From Takakia lepidozioides (lineage: Eukaryota > Plantae > Bryophyta), in assembly GCA_030704615.1 (NCBI GenBank), contig CM060732.1, forward strand, positions 36,952,001 through 37,016,000: a stretch of DNA of 64,000 bases, given 5' to 3'. A program made the translations under genes and the position numbers. Positions 49,712-61,300 of this stretch are shown in pieces (position 1 is the stretch's first letter; each line of letters begins with the position of its first letter). The notes under the pieces were generated by a model that had not been told where the DNA came from, made no database searches, and saw only the letters and a program-made list of their open reading frames with translations.

Positions 49712-50498
49712 TTAGAAGTGTGCACCTGGGACGCATGATCTAATTAGACCACTTTCCTGGCATGCTGTTCATCTAATATTGAGGCCTTGCAGATTAGCTC
49801 AACATCATAATTGTTTCTGAATTGCAGCATTTCAGCTGAATTTTCGCCTATCTCTGTGATCAAGATGGCAGAGACCAGCTAGAGATATCAAGATTTTCCA
49901 GAAACAATTCGTTTCATCAGCTACAGTCTATGAGTCATGTACTATTGCCCTACTATTCAAGCACCAGTGCAATGTGTAGGAATCTGATTGTAGCTTGCAC
50001 TATATCGATTATGAGTCTCCTACTAGTCCGAATCCGCGTCTATAGATCTTAGAATTGGTGACATGATCAGTATCAAGACAACCTTCCTACATGAACAACG
50101 GACAAAAGCAGAGAATCAGATGCGAATTGATCACCATTGCAGGTGGTACCAGCGACCACATGGATTTTGCAAGCACGTGGAATGGCGAGCGCGGTCCGGC
50201 TAACGATGCCAGGAGTATGGGTGACCACAAAGCACATGCATTCAGGAGTGACCTTGGCAAGGGGAACGCAACAGTCGTTTCCTGGAGAAGGGGAGGCATC
50301 ACTCCTGGCATACTTGAGACACGGGGATAGTTGGGCAAAGGCTGCGGTACAAGCTGCTGCTTTAATCCCCCCAAGCTCGGCTGCGATGCCAATCTGGGTC
50401 AGTGAATCACTAGTGATGCCTCTCATGGCCAGTGCCGGCAACATGCAGGCCGGTAGCATGAGCACTGTGATCAGGGTGCTCATTCCCACTTTCTCCAT
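49712..50498 (-). CDS. Non-specific lipid transfer protein, type D-like; exons 50498-50135 and 49725-49712
   Basis: Hydrophobic signal peptide. Eight-cysteine pattern C..C..CC..CMC..C..C. GT donor 4 nt after the last Cys codon. CAG acceptor gives a short GAHF-stop tail with no GPI signal. Confidence 0.88.
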
Positions 50499-52339
50499 TC
50501 TCACTGACGTTTCCTCGATCAAAAAGAGACTGTTTCTCTTGTCTCTATCCCTCTCTCTCCCAGAATTCACACCAGTTGCTCAGCAGGCCGCTGAAAACGA
50601 AGGCCCAGGCGAGATTATGTATGCTGTCGCACGTGTGAGTTGCAGGAGAGGAAACACCCACGTGTCCCTCACTTGCTGTAGCTAACAAGGCCCCCCTCTT
50701 TGCACGAGTACTTTTCTTTCTTCGCACGAGGATCCTGGAAGTGGAAGTGGAAGTGGTTGAAAATATGTTCAAAGTAGTTGGCAGGAAGTAGGTATCTGAA
50801 CGTAGTTGGATTCTCGATCTACTCAGGACCCACTCTCGAGATCAGAGTTCGCTTGATTGCAGCTAGAAAAGATTCTGTACCAAAATCTCATTCATTGCCG
50901 AGTCTGGTGGTGGGATATTCCACCAAATCTCTCGAGGGGATAATCTTGGACAAAGCACATCCTGTCGCTAGGGTTCATCCCTGTACTTCTTGCTGCACTT
51001 CAAAATAAGGGAAATGGTTAGCGATGGCAAGTCGCGATGGCAGTCTACTGTCACAGACTCACAGAGGGAGGAAGGGAGGAAGGGAGTGTGCTATGTTTGC
51101 TGTTTTCTTGGTTTTGGGGGCGTTGGGTAAGTGTTGTGTCTGCTAGCTACACATCCATGACCTACCTACTTGCAGCGGGGGCGCATAAGAATTGCAAGCA
51201 CTGACAACTCTCCCAATGACTCAACTTCCTTTTGCCATCACCACTTCAATCATGGTGCCCACTAACTGGTCAATCCCTTTCAACCTTGGCAGCAATTGCT
51301 CTGATTGACGTAGCTGGTAAACTGTGAGCCATGGTTTGTATTTGGTACTTCCCACTGAATTCCAAGGTTCCATAAGCATAGCTGGGTCACTGTGACTTTC
51401 AATTCTCAGCGTCTTCACTATTCAGGGCTCGGGTGTGTCTGGAGGGATCCTGAACTACACATTTGTTCCAGGAGCACAGATCATTACTTTGAGTTATCTC
51501 ACTCTGGGTGCGGCTAAAGGACTAGTAGCAGTTAGAGAACCCCAGATTGGCAATCATCCATAATATCGGTGGGCGATCGACCAGGTAGCATGTCAGGATT
51601 GGCCAACCCTCTGATCACACATGAGGGTAGAGCCCAAGTTGAAATCATGTTATGTAAGAAGGCACCATCCACTTCTGTCCTTTAGCCCCTGTCAAATAAC
51701 TTTAGGACTTCAGGAGGGCCTTTGTTTCAATCAAGATCTAACCTCACCGTTAGGAGTCAACCCCTAACGGTTTTGTTCCGGTCCCTGGGTGATGACAGGT
51801 CTGATCTCATCTTCGTTTTGTCTCTCTCCGGGTTCCTTTGACATCGTAAAGTTGTTTTCTTTCATTCTTGCTTTCGGCTTTTTCGTTTATTGTGGGTTGT
51901 GGTGTCTTGTTCTCCTCTGTAAATCATTATTCTACCTGTCAGGAGAAAGGAAACAGCCTACAAGACACAGGATCGTCGTCTCCCTCAAATAGGTTTTAAT
52001 CTGCCTTTGAAACTGCCTTTGTGCATCTGTACCATGAAAGATTCCTCTCTCTGACTATCATTTGAATCCTACTACAGATATCTCAGTCTTTTGTCCAAAA
52101 GTATCATCTCGTCTCACTTACTCCGTCCCGAAAACTTCAAGACTGTTGGTTCTTCTCTCTTACGTCCCTCTTAATCTCTTCCTTGTCCACGATACCATAT
52201 AGGCTCAAAATCAGATAATCTGTACAATGTCTGCAGTGAGATGAGTGATGGCTTGGAATCAGGGTGTGAATTTCCACTGGGTTCACAGTAAAGTAGAGAG
52301 AGACATTCAATCTTTGTGCTGAAACGAGTCGGTTAAGAT

Positions 52340-55300
52340 ATGATGGCGTGCGGGCAAGAGAGCAGACTTGAGGGAAGCGCCATGCCGATGGTAGTGCTAC
52401 ATACTGAAGAAATCTATGAACTTGAGACAGTCGAAATGCCGGATGAAAGAGAGAAGATGCCTCTTGGGAAAGATGCTTTGTTTGCCCTTAATAAAGAGAA
52501 TTTGGTGGAAAGAACGTCAGATGCACATGAAAGGTACGAGTTTGAGAAAAGAAGGATGGGGCTTGAGAAGTGTCGTGGGAAGAAGGAGGCTTACACAATC
52601 AACCAGTCGGTCAGGAAGGGTTCCCGTGCCCACAGGAAGAGCATTTTAGCTTCTGCGGAGAGAATGCTAGATGTCCACGACTTGTGTTCTTCTGAGAAGA
52701 AGGAGAGAGATAGGGTGCTCAACGGTCTTTTGTCAGAGTCCAAAGAGAGAATGACAGACCCGCACAAGATATACACTGTTGAGAAAACAAAGATGCTCGA
52801 TGATGAAAGAGGAAGGACAATGGAGGGGAAAGAATCTTATATTACAGGGGGCACTTTCGATGTCAGGGAGAGGGCTTTGGAGGGGAGAAATGGGTGCAGT
52901 GCATTTAGACAAAGATCTATGGCAGACCAAAGAGAGGCATGCGCACTTTCTGCGTTTCGGGGCACGCTTGCCGAGCAGCTGAAGAAGCTTGATCTCAGCA
53001 AGCAAGGCGGAACACTAAAGATTTCCGATCGCTCCATGTGTGACAGTGGTAAGAATATTCGCCGGAAACTAGAATGCAGTAGTCTGATAGACGTACCCAT
53101 AGTCACTCCCGTTGATGAGAATGCAGTTATAAGAATTGATGGCATTGACATCATGCCAGAGAGCCTACGTCTCGCCAATGTAGACCTCCACCTCAAAACG
53201 ATGAGAAAAAGAAAGGGAGAGACAAGGCAATGCGATAAGTACACAACCTCTAAACTTCAAAAGCGTACAATTGTGAACCTGTGATGCCATCTATGCAAAT
53301 TGCCTTGGTGTTTGGCTGAACCACAGGATGTGAAGGTCTACTGCGTGTGATAAAGAACAACGACAAGCTAACAGAGCTCGACCTCAGTGGTAATATGCCA
53401 GTTCATTTTCATTGATTGCATTGTTCTCAGAAGTTCGAGTTAATATCTTGGATCTAAAACATGGAAATGGAGGTGGTTAATGAACTCATTAGATGGTGCT
53501 TGCTGAGCAAAAACATTCCATCTCATGTGGACAGAAGAATGAGCAAATGAGGATAATATTATTGCTGAAGGGGCATGCTTCACAGGTGGGACTTTGGAGA
53601 GTTGAGACTCGGGTAGTAGGGGATGGAGAGACATTTGATTGGACAACTATTGTGACAGGATGCAATATCTACAAAGGTGATGACCTTGCTCAAATCATCC
53701 GAAGCGCAACTTCTCTGAAGAGGTTCCCCTCAGCTTCATTAAATGCCCTTCCCTCCTTCCAATCGCTGTGTCTAGTTCCCAATGTCTCTTTAGAGATTCT
53801 CTGACACTCATCAAGGCCCTTTAGCTATGAAGATCTGTGCTTGCCCATAGAGCTCCTTTCTTTCCGCGGACGTTATAAAGCACCATTTCATTTCCATTAG
53901 GCAATCCCTTGAGCAGTAGTTACTTTTTGGGCTGCTTCAGGCTTCACTTTTTGTCTTTTATTCTCTTTCTTGTTTCTTGTTTTTCTTTTGTCCCTTAGGC
54001 TCTTTGAGCTTTCTGCAGACGTTATAAAGTACCACTGCATTTCATTTCATTTCTCTCTCTCTGTTCTATGTCCTATCTTGAGGCTGAGCCTAAAACCCTG
54101 GTCATGTTGGGGTCTTATTGCTGGGCAGCTCACACACAGCAAGTTGATGCTTGTGTGAAGGGCTTTCCAGAGGATATCTGGAAAACCCGAACTAATTGTC
54201 TCTATCAAGGTAAGTCACAATACCAGAGTGAGCCCCTCACAATGGTAGGTATCTGTTCCCTTTTGTTTCGTCCAAACTGGGTGCGGCGGGGTCTTATGGC
54301 CACAAGGCTATGGCAAGCAACGTCATATGAGTACATTCTCTGTTATATGTCGGAGTTTCCCTTTCAGAGACAGCCAATCCCTGACATAGATCTTCCAATA
54401 TGAGGACCCGAAATGCCGGCAGAATATCTTCATGGGACTCTCAAACTAAGAGAATTTCTCTAAATGAAAGAGTAGATTTTGGGCTTCTTTAGGGCTCCAT
54501 TTTTTTTCCTTCTGTTTCGTGCATTCTTTTGTCCCATAGACTCTTTGAGGGAGATAGACCTCTCTGTAGCTCTATCTCCCTGTCTTCTGAGGGCATTGGG
54601 GAGATTCAGTCTGCGGATAGAGACTGGTAGGTGGAGTCATCTGCAACGTGACGACTGCCTATGCCCCACTTGCATTGGGAACTACAGGGAAATCGAAAGT
54701 GAAGATCGTTTCTTCTGTCACTGCCCATTGTACTATGAGATCCATGGGTGATTCAACTGTCTTTTCTGGGATACCCAGTCTCTCATGGAGGTCTTCCATT
54801 GTGAGGATCATGAATGCTTGGCAGCTTACCTGCATGAAGCATCGACTCTTAGACAATCCCTCGAGCTTTACTTGCTTTTGGGCTGTTTGTGACCCCTCTC
54901 TCTTTCTTGTTTCTTTCTTCCTCTTCTCCCATAAGCGTGTACCAGGCACAACCAGGAATTGAAACTGAAGAACACTTTATTGCCCTCTATACTATGAGAT
55001 CCGTGGGAGATTCAACTGTCTATTCCGTGGAACCCCTTCTCTCACGGAGGTCGTCCATTATGAGGATCAGAAATGCTTGGCAGCTTATCTGCATGAGGCC
55101 TTGGCCCTTAGGCAAACCCTTCAGCAGTGGTTGCTTCTAACCTCCTTTGGCTGTGGTTTTGTCTCTTCTTTCTGGTTTCTCCCTTTCGTCCCATAAGCTC
55201 TTTGAGCTTTCCACGGACGTTACAAAGTACCATTTCATTTCATTTCATTTCCTCTTCTCCCATAAGCTCTTTGAGCTTACCGTGGACGTTGTAAAGAAAT

Positions 55301-58300
55301 TTCATTTTTCATTTGTCCCTGTTGCACATACTACATGTTCAGGGGCAGGCAGTCTTGGCAGGGCCTTCTGTTTTGAGGACCAAAAGTGCCTGGTAGCTTA
55401 CATGCATGAAGCACTTCGTCTTCAGGCCATAGTTTGTCTTCTGATGTAATTTTCTTGTTGACAACCAAGTTGGAGCCCAGTGGTAATGGGCACATACCAC
55501 CTCGGAAGTGGTTGTGGGTTCAATCCACCCTTGGTGTCACAAAGGTGTCCACCTTCCTAGCGGAAGGCAGTAACCCTTGGGGGTGAAGAGACACCATAAT
55601 TTACGATTCCTTCGGGAGGCGTCAAATATATTTTATTAATTTTCTTGTTGCCCTGTGGGCTGTTGGGGTTCCCTTGAATGTTCCCTTGAAGGTTTTGTTC
55701 TTTGTTTATGTATGTGTCGTGTAAATCTGGTGGTACTCCGTCTCCAGGCATTCTTAGGCTGGAATTTACCTTCAGAGCTTCAAGACTTGGTCTTGGAAAT
55801 CCATCAGCCATTTGGGCCTCTATTTTGGCTTTTGTTTTCTGCTCACATGCAAGGTACTTGGTTCTCTTACTGGGATCTGTATGGTCCGGGTTGCCTTTGG
55901 TTGATGAGTTGATACCAACAAACATTATTTTCCAAATGCAGGCTTTCGCTGGAGTGGAATAGTTTGGGGTTGGCTCGCACTGGAATCTCAGCACTCTCAT
56001 CTGCCATAGCTTCAAATCGTTCTCTGAAAGAGGTCAATCTCTAACTAAGTGACAGAGAAATGAAATGAAATGGTACTTTATAACGTCCATGCAAAGCTCA
56101 ACGAGCTTATGGGACAAGATGGAAAACAACAAGAGAGAGGAGAGAGAGAGAGATGGTGTTTGCCATAGACCCTGTGCCCAGTTTGGGCGGAACAAAAAGG
56201 AGAGAGAGAGAGAGAGAGGGGAGACCTTGTTCAGATTTCTCTTGAATGAAATGTTGTAATTGGCTCGAACAGGTGGATCTTCGGAGCAACAAAATTGGGC
56301 CATCGACAGCAGCAGCATTGGCACATGCACTTCGCAACAACTTCTCACTAGTATGCCTTGGTACTACAAGGTCCCGCAGCTAATATCTCTCTATAATCTC
56401 CTTATCTCCTTTATTTTGCGTCCATTAGCAAAAGCTCAGCTCTCTGATGGTGTTGTGTTTGGTCATTTATAGTTGTTTGTGTTGGAATACCACTGGCGTG
56501 TGGTCGGGCTAGGGATTGAACCTAGGACCTCCCCCATTCCGGTGGGGTGCTCTACCACTGAGCTACCCGTCCCGTTCTGTTCTCAGAGTGCCGTGCAAGG
56601 GCTATAGCCTTGACACCTCCAACAGTTTGCAGGAAAAGACTGTCGAATCCAACCCCCACCCCAATTAATGTAATATAGGAGTACATGGTCCACATGCTGT
56701 GAAGTGTGACTTCAATGATCTTTCATAGTTCATGCAGTGCTCTTCTTTTGACACAACAGTAGCAGACATTGTTGTCTCCCTCTTTGACTGCAGATCTGCG
56801 ATGGAATGAGATTGGGCCAAGTGGTGCTGCGGCATTGCTTGGCATGCTTCAGCGAAACCATGGCCTAACTGATGTTCGGTTGGCAGGGAATGGCATTCCA
56901 CCATCTCTTATGTCCCAGATTGGTGAGTCCACCTCATCAAATAGGAAGAAAAACAAAGTTTCATACATCCATGGCGGTCCAATAATGCCAATGGGCCACA
57001 CTAGAACAAGACAGTAGGACTACTGAAATCAAATGAACAAACATAGGAAGAGGAGGTGTTGGTGGCCTCTTACATGAAGCACTACAGTGTTTCTGGGTTA
57101 TTAGCTGATGAGCAATGAAATGTGAACACAAACTAACGTTATCTTCACTGTAGACAAGTTACTAGAGGAGAATCATGCGAGCAAGCTGATGAGCATCGGA
57201 CTTCAACCTGCAGCGCTGGATCAGACCCCAGGTTCTCGTTCAATTGTGAGTATGATGATTTCATATCCTCTGACAGGAGTATCTGGCTATCAGTATCATT
57301 GCTTGGTCAATGCATGTTTACACAAGGATGTGATGTCCCATCCATTCCATCCGTTTGGTCAGCCCATGCAGCTCCTACCAGCAAAAGGATGCTGACCCAG
57401 CAGTAGTATTTTTCACATGCACGGTTAGCCCAACTTCTGTTCTGTCGTCCACAAGGAAGGCTTCCCGCCATGTGGTGTGACAGAGATATGGCTAAAAGCA
57501 CCTGCAGAGTTAGCCTTTGCAACAGAGAAGATAGACATGCTGAGGAAGGCATGTGCTCAGGGAGGGGGAGACGCAGCCAGCGTATCTGTCCCCTCCTGTG
57601 CCACATGTGTGGATGCACCTGCGGCTGGCAGGGGCTGCACAGGCGGGACGGATGGGACGCACAGAAAGTCTCTCGTGTAAACATGCCTTCAGGATTATTG
57701 TCAAGAGAATGTTGGAGAACCTTCTAGTTTGTTGTCTCTACCCAGCAGGGAGAGACTACGCATCAGTGCAAAAAGCTTCTTGGATCCAGTTTGGTCCCAT
57801 GTTCCTGGGAGGTTCCCATTATATCAAAGTCCAATATGATTCCACATGCGTGGGTAGGGTAGAGACGAGCAGCTTGTTCTACCATAAACGGAGAGAGAAA
57901 TGGGACACAAAAGGCTGTAGCAGGGGCTTGCACATTTTGTCTCCCTGCCAACAGTTCCCTCTCCTGTGGAGAAACTTCTATTGTGGCGGGGATACATCAA
58001 GCCTGGTCTTGCAAGTACACATTTTTCCACTTTTGCTTTTATGACATTTGAGACAATCTACACTAGGAAACACTTCATGGGAAATCTCTTCGCCACAGAT
58101 TTGGTCAAGTCAGATTTGGTCAGCAGAGAAAAGTGACCAAGGAAACAGAAAAGACCAAAAGCCCCCTCTCTCTCCCTTTGGTTATTAGACGTTCTTCTTT
58201 TTCTTCCAGTTCTTCTGTTAATTTGGCACCCAGGCCCTTCGGCTTTCAGTGGACGTAACGAACTTTCTTCTTCTCTTGTTCCTTCTTGGTAGACAGACCT

Positions 58301-61300
58301 CATAGCAGACTGCACTACTGAAACATTGTACAACCTGAGAATGCCAAGCATGTAAAGGCTCTCTCTCCCTCACTTTGTTGTTATCTGCTTATGTTCTTGA
58401 GCTTGCTGATCTTTACATAATTGTTTCAATGTTAGTCTTACACAGTCACATGCAGCCTGATCCTGAAACAATGACGCATACTCTTTTCTGATTTTGTGTT
58501 TGATTTTGTTTGTGTATGGACAGAGTCCAACAGCTACAGCCAAGGAGATAGAGGTCATAAACCTGGAGAGAATCGACTCTCTCCAGAAGGAGATAGGAAA
58601 CCTCCGACGAGAACTGGCATGGATTTCTTCCCTCCCTCTCTCTCTCTCGCTCTCAGATCTCCTCTACGCTGATGATGTTGCCCTTTTGGCACAATCCCCG
58701 GTCTTCCTGCAACGCCATCTCAAAATTTTGGAACAGTTCTGCAAAGACTATGGGATGCAAGTCAATCTTAGCAAGACCAAGATCATGGTCTTCAATGGCC
58801 AGGCTGATCGTAGATTCATCTTCAACCAGCAGGAAATTGAGATGGTGAAATCATACCGGTACCTGGGTCTGGTTATCCACTCCCCCAAGTTTCACTTTGC
58901 AGCCACTGCCTTGGACAGATTGACTAAAGGTAAGGTGGCCTCCGTCCGCCTTCAGGCCAAATGCAAGCAAATACATCTGCGTCATCCCCCAACCAAAAGG
59001 TGGCTGTTTGACACTGTCGTCAGCCCTGCTACCATCTATGGTTGTGAGTTCTGGGCACCTGGTGTCCCTGTCTCCTGGTGGGAAAAGAATTTGGAACCAT
59101 TACAGTCATCTTTTCTCCAAGCAATGCTTGGCGCCAGGAGCACAACTCCATCTCAGATCCTAGGTGCAGAGTTCGCATGTGTACCATTGCAATCCGAGGC
59201 CCTCTTCCGGCTTACAATCTTTCTCCATAGATTACAGGCCCTTCCACCCAAGGGGCTCGTGGCAAGGGCCCTCACAACATCTATGAGGCTCAAAGCTGCA
59301 GGTTTCAGGAACTCCTGGTATGCTCGAGTGGACAGTTTATTTCAACGTAACGGACTTTCTACTGCTTTCCTATTACCAATGAATCCAGATGAGGTGGACA
59401 TCACATCCAGACATGACCGCAACAGACTCAGTAGGAGAGAGCTTATGGAAGTACATGTCAAGAGAACTTGGAAGCTACCCAATCTCACGACAAAGCTCCA
59501 CTTCTATCGAGAGACATTCTTGGTGCTCCGCGATGCTAGAATCTTGAGACCAAATTGCCTTTCAGCATCCTTATCTCCTTCCCTCCTGAGGGCATTGGGG
59601 TGGTTCAGGGTGGGTTCCCACAACCTACGGATAGAGACTGGCAGATGGGAAAACCTGCAACGGGAGGACCGCCTATGTCCAGCTTGCATAGGGCGCAGCA
59701 AGGAAATTGAAACTGAAGAACACTTCTTCTTCTACTGCCCTCTATACTACGAGATCCGTGGGAGATTCCACTGTTTATTCAGTGGAACCCAAACTCTCAC
59801 TGACGTCTTCCACTATGAGGATCGAAAATGCTTGGCAGCCTACCTGCACGAGGCCTTCACCCTTAGACAATCGCTAGAACATTAATTGTGGTTTCTGGAT
59901 TTGTTCCTCTCATGTTTTCTTCCATTTTGTCCCATAAGCTCTATGAGCTTTCCGCGGACGTTATAAAGCACCATTTCATTTCATTTCTCTTTTGTTTGCT
60001 CTCTCATGTTTTCTGCCATTTTGTCCCGTAAGCTCTATGAGCTTCCCGCGGACGTTATAAAGCACCATTTCGTTATAAAGCACCAGCTAAATTTATCATC
60101 TAATGGAAGGTCGTTGGTTGCTTGATTATGTCTGACTGCACATCTGTCGTGCTTTAGTATTCTTCCTTTTAACATGTCTTTCTATCTTTTTGTGTGGAGA
60201 GGACTGACTTTGAAATTCCGGGAGCAGTGTGAGGGAGACAACCGTCTTGTAGACCGTAAATAATTGGAAACTTCTCAATCTCTTGGCTGGTGTGCCATGA
60301 GAGCAACGACCAAGTGAGATAATTGTGTTTTTATAGGGAAATATGCTTCTCTCTGGAAACACATTAGTGTCTGCCCTTGAAATGGTGTCTTTTGAAGAGT
60401 TTGGAAGACGAAAGTGCTTAACTGCATACCTCCATGAGCTTCTTCATCTCCTCTCTGCCCTGGGAGTGGGTTCTGTAGGTGATGCCTGTAGGTGAGGTTG
60501 ATATAGAAACTGCCCCGTAGAGTCGTCCTCATAACAATGTCAAGGGTTGTGATCTTTCGACAGGTAGCAATCAAAATGGAGTTCCATGACCTACAACTGC
60601 AGAAGGCAGCAACTGACACTCAACTTGAGGTAGGTGTCTTGGTTGCTTGGAAAGAGGGAATAATCTGGAGAGCACACAAAAGAGGGCAGTGCCATTACTC
60701 TGGGGAAGAAGGCTTTTAGTTAAGGTGGTTATACCCCAACCTCTTCTCTCTGTAAGTCTTCAGGGGTTTTTGATTTCGGAAATCTCTTGGAGCTTTCTTT
60801 GGCCCCATGGATGTATAAGCTTTGTCTTTAAGGAACCATTTCATTTCATTTCATTTCTCTTAGGTCCTTTGTCTTCTTTGTCGTCTTCTTTCCCCCCCGC
60901 CCCCAGGTTCAATTGAGTGACAGAAGGGTCACTATTCAAGTCGTTCTGTCCTGATGTTCAGGAGCAATCTAGGTTGTGATAGTAAGATATGTACCTTGTG
61001 GTTTGTTTGTTATGTAATGGAAAGACTTCCAGAGTCGAACTTAAGGAAGAAAATCTACTGCGCAAATTTGTCGAAAAGGAGACTGGGGAGTTGAAAGTGC
61101 AGCTTAACAGAACCAAACAGGTAGTCATCATTGTCCCTCTTCCTCCTCGTTTCTCGTCCTCCCCCTATCAAACTGTGCCTTTGGGGCCCCTGTGGATGTT
61201 TATAGAGTTTCCACTGTCTATCCCGTGGAACTCAATCTCTCACTGAAGTCTTCCACTATGAGGATAAAAAATGCTTGCTTACCTGCTCGAGGCCCTGACC

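Noticed and set aside
56501-56572. Functional tRNA gene
   Set aside because: 6-nt anticodon loop, acceptor-stem mismatch, no oligo-T terminator, and it is embedded in a TSD-flanked TG..CA element.
58494-59885. Stand-alone 463-aa reverse transcriptase gene
   Set aside because: It is a host exon plus a CT tract plus a 5'-truncated LINE lacking the RT N-terminal motifs.
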